DNA from: Blastocystis sp. Blastoise
Taxonomy: Eukaryota > Protista > Bigyra: Opalinata
Reading direction: 5' to 3'
DNA: 64,000 nt
Assembly (NCBI GenBank): GCA_039096225.1
Contig: JBBPEB010000027.1
Location: forward strand, 558,001 to 622,000
Made by a program: the position numbers and the translations under genes. Positions 63,321 through 64,000 of this stretch are shown here, in pieces (position 1 is the first letter of the stretch; the number at the start of each line of letters is the position of its first letter). Below the pieces are notes generated by a model. The model saw only the letters and a list, made by a program, of their open reading frames with translations. It ran no database searches and was not told where the DNA came from.

Positions 63321-64000
63321 TTAATCGATTTTAATGTTATTGAATATTTTTTTCACAAATACTTCAGCAGCTGATGACGATATATAAGCAGTAACCAGTG
63401 ATATGCAACTACTAAGAAGAAGCTAAAGAAATAATAAGAAATTAGAACTATTGAATTAGCAATAAAATATAATGATTCAAGAGATATAGAATTAATAATT
63501 ATATATATATAAAGAGAGAGAATAGAATTACATACAGCTTCAGTGAAGAAGAAAAGAGTTTGAATATATCCAGACATTTCCGTTTTATATAAATAGAAAT
63601 AGACACAATAAATAAAGACATAAAGTCCCGTAGATAAACCCGAGAAATAAGAGGTCCATCTCCAATTATAATTCTCAACATTTAATAATATATAAGTACC
63701 AACAATAGATACACAAATGGTAATAATCAATAAAACAACTATATATATATATAGTATAATCATGAAAGATAAATAAATAGTTCGATATATAGTAATAATA
63801 ATATAAATATTATGTATAATAATAATAATAATAATAATAATATAAATAATGTGTGAACATATGATAATAATAATAATATATATATCATACGGACCATGAA
63901 TAATAAGAATCCATAAACATAATAATATTTATAAGACCATAAAGAGGTGAAGATGAAGAATATTTCAATGAAAATGGCACCAAAAGGTAGTAATCCAGAA
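63321..64000 (-). CDS. Transmembrane 9 superfamily (EMP70/nonaspanin) protein, 3' part
   Basis: [30 protein letters not shown]. The spliced last exon ends [11 protein letters not shown], a KxD/E Golgi-retention motif. Confidence 0.92.

Overview
Very AT-rich, gene-dense, intron-rich eukaryotic (protist) nuclear DNA in the standard genetic code. The gene content (complex I subunit NDUFA5, a mitochondrial-type PPR protein, a secreted GH3, a BTB-like orphan) is compatible with a Blastocystis-like stramenopile; this is inference only. About 25 protein genes can be rebuilt across spliceosomal introns, most reading GTATAT...TATAG and filled with (TA)n/(TTA)n microsatellites, so most short poly-I/L/Y ORFs in the track are artefacts. 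Recognisable genes: metallothionein, GCH1, PPR, galactokinase, two ISG12/IFI27-family proteins, MRG15/EAF3, UBC9, GH3 beta-xylosidase, TrpRS, NDUFA5, a PH-CAMK-PH-WD40 kinase, RING finger, proteasome alpha-1, kish, MED14, GPATCH1, PDCD5, PAF1, EMG1 and TM9SF. Kish, PDCD5 and the RING gene are missing from the ORF track. Non-coding elements read from the sequence: three box C/D snoRNAs on the minus strand (37427-37732), a 1354-bp foldback element with ~536-bp TIRs and an 8-bp TSD, and a 142-bp MITE. Best leads: (i) a snoRNA guide antisense to the U6 ACAGAGA box, predicted to methylate the C that reads intron position +5, in a genome whose introns mostly carry A rather than G at +5; (ii) an ISG12 gene pair including a variant with cysteines along one helix face; (iii) strong enrichment of CCGCGG palindromes inside exons.
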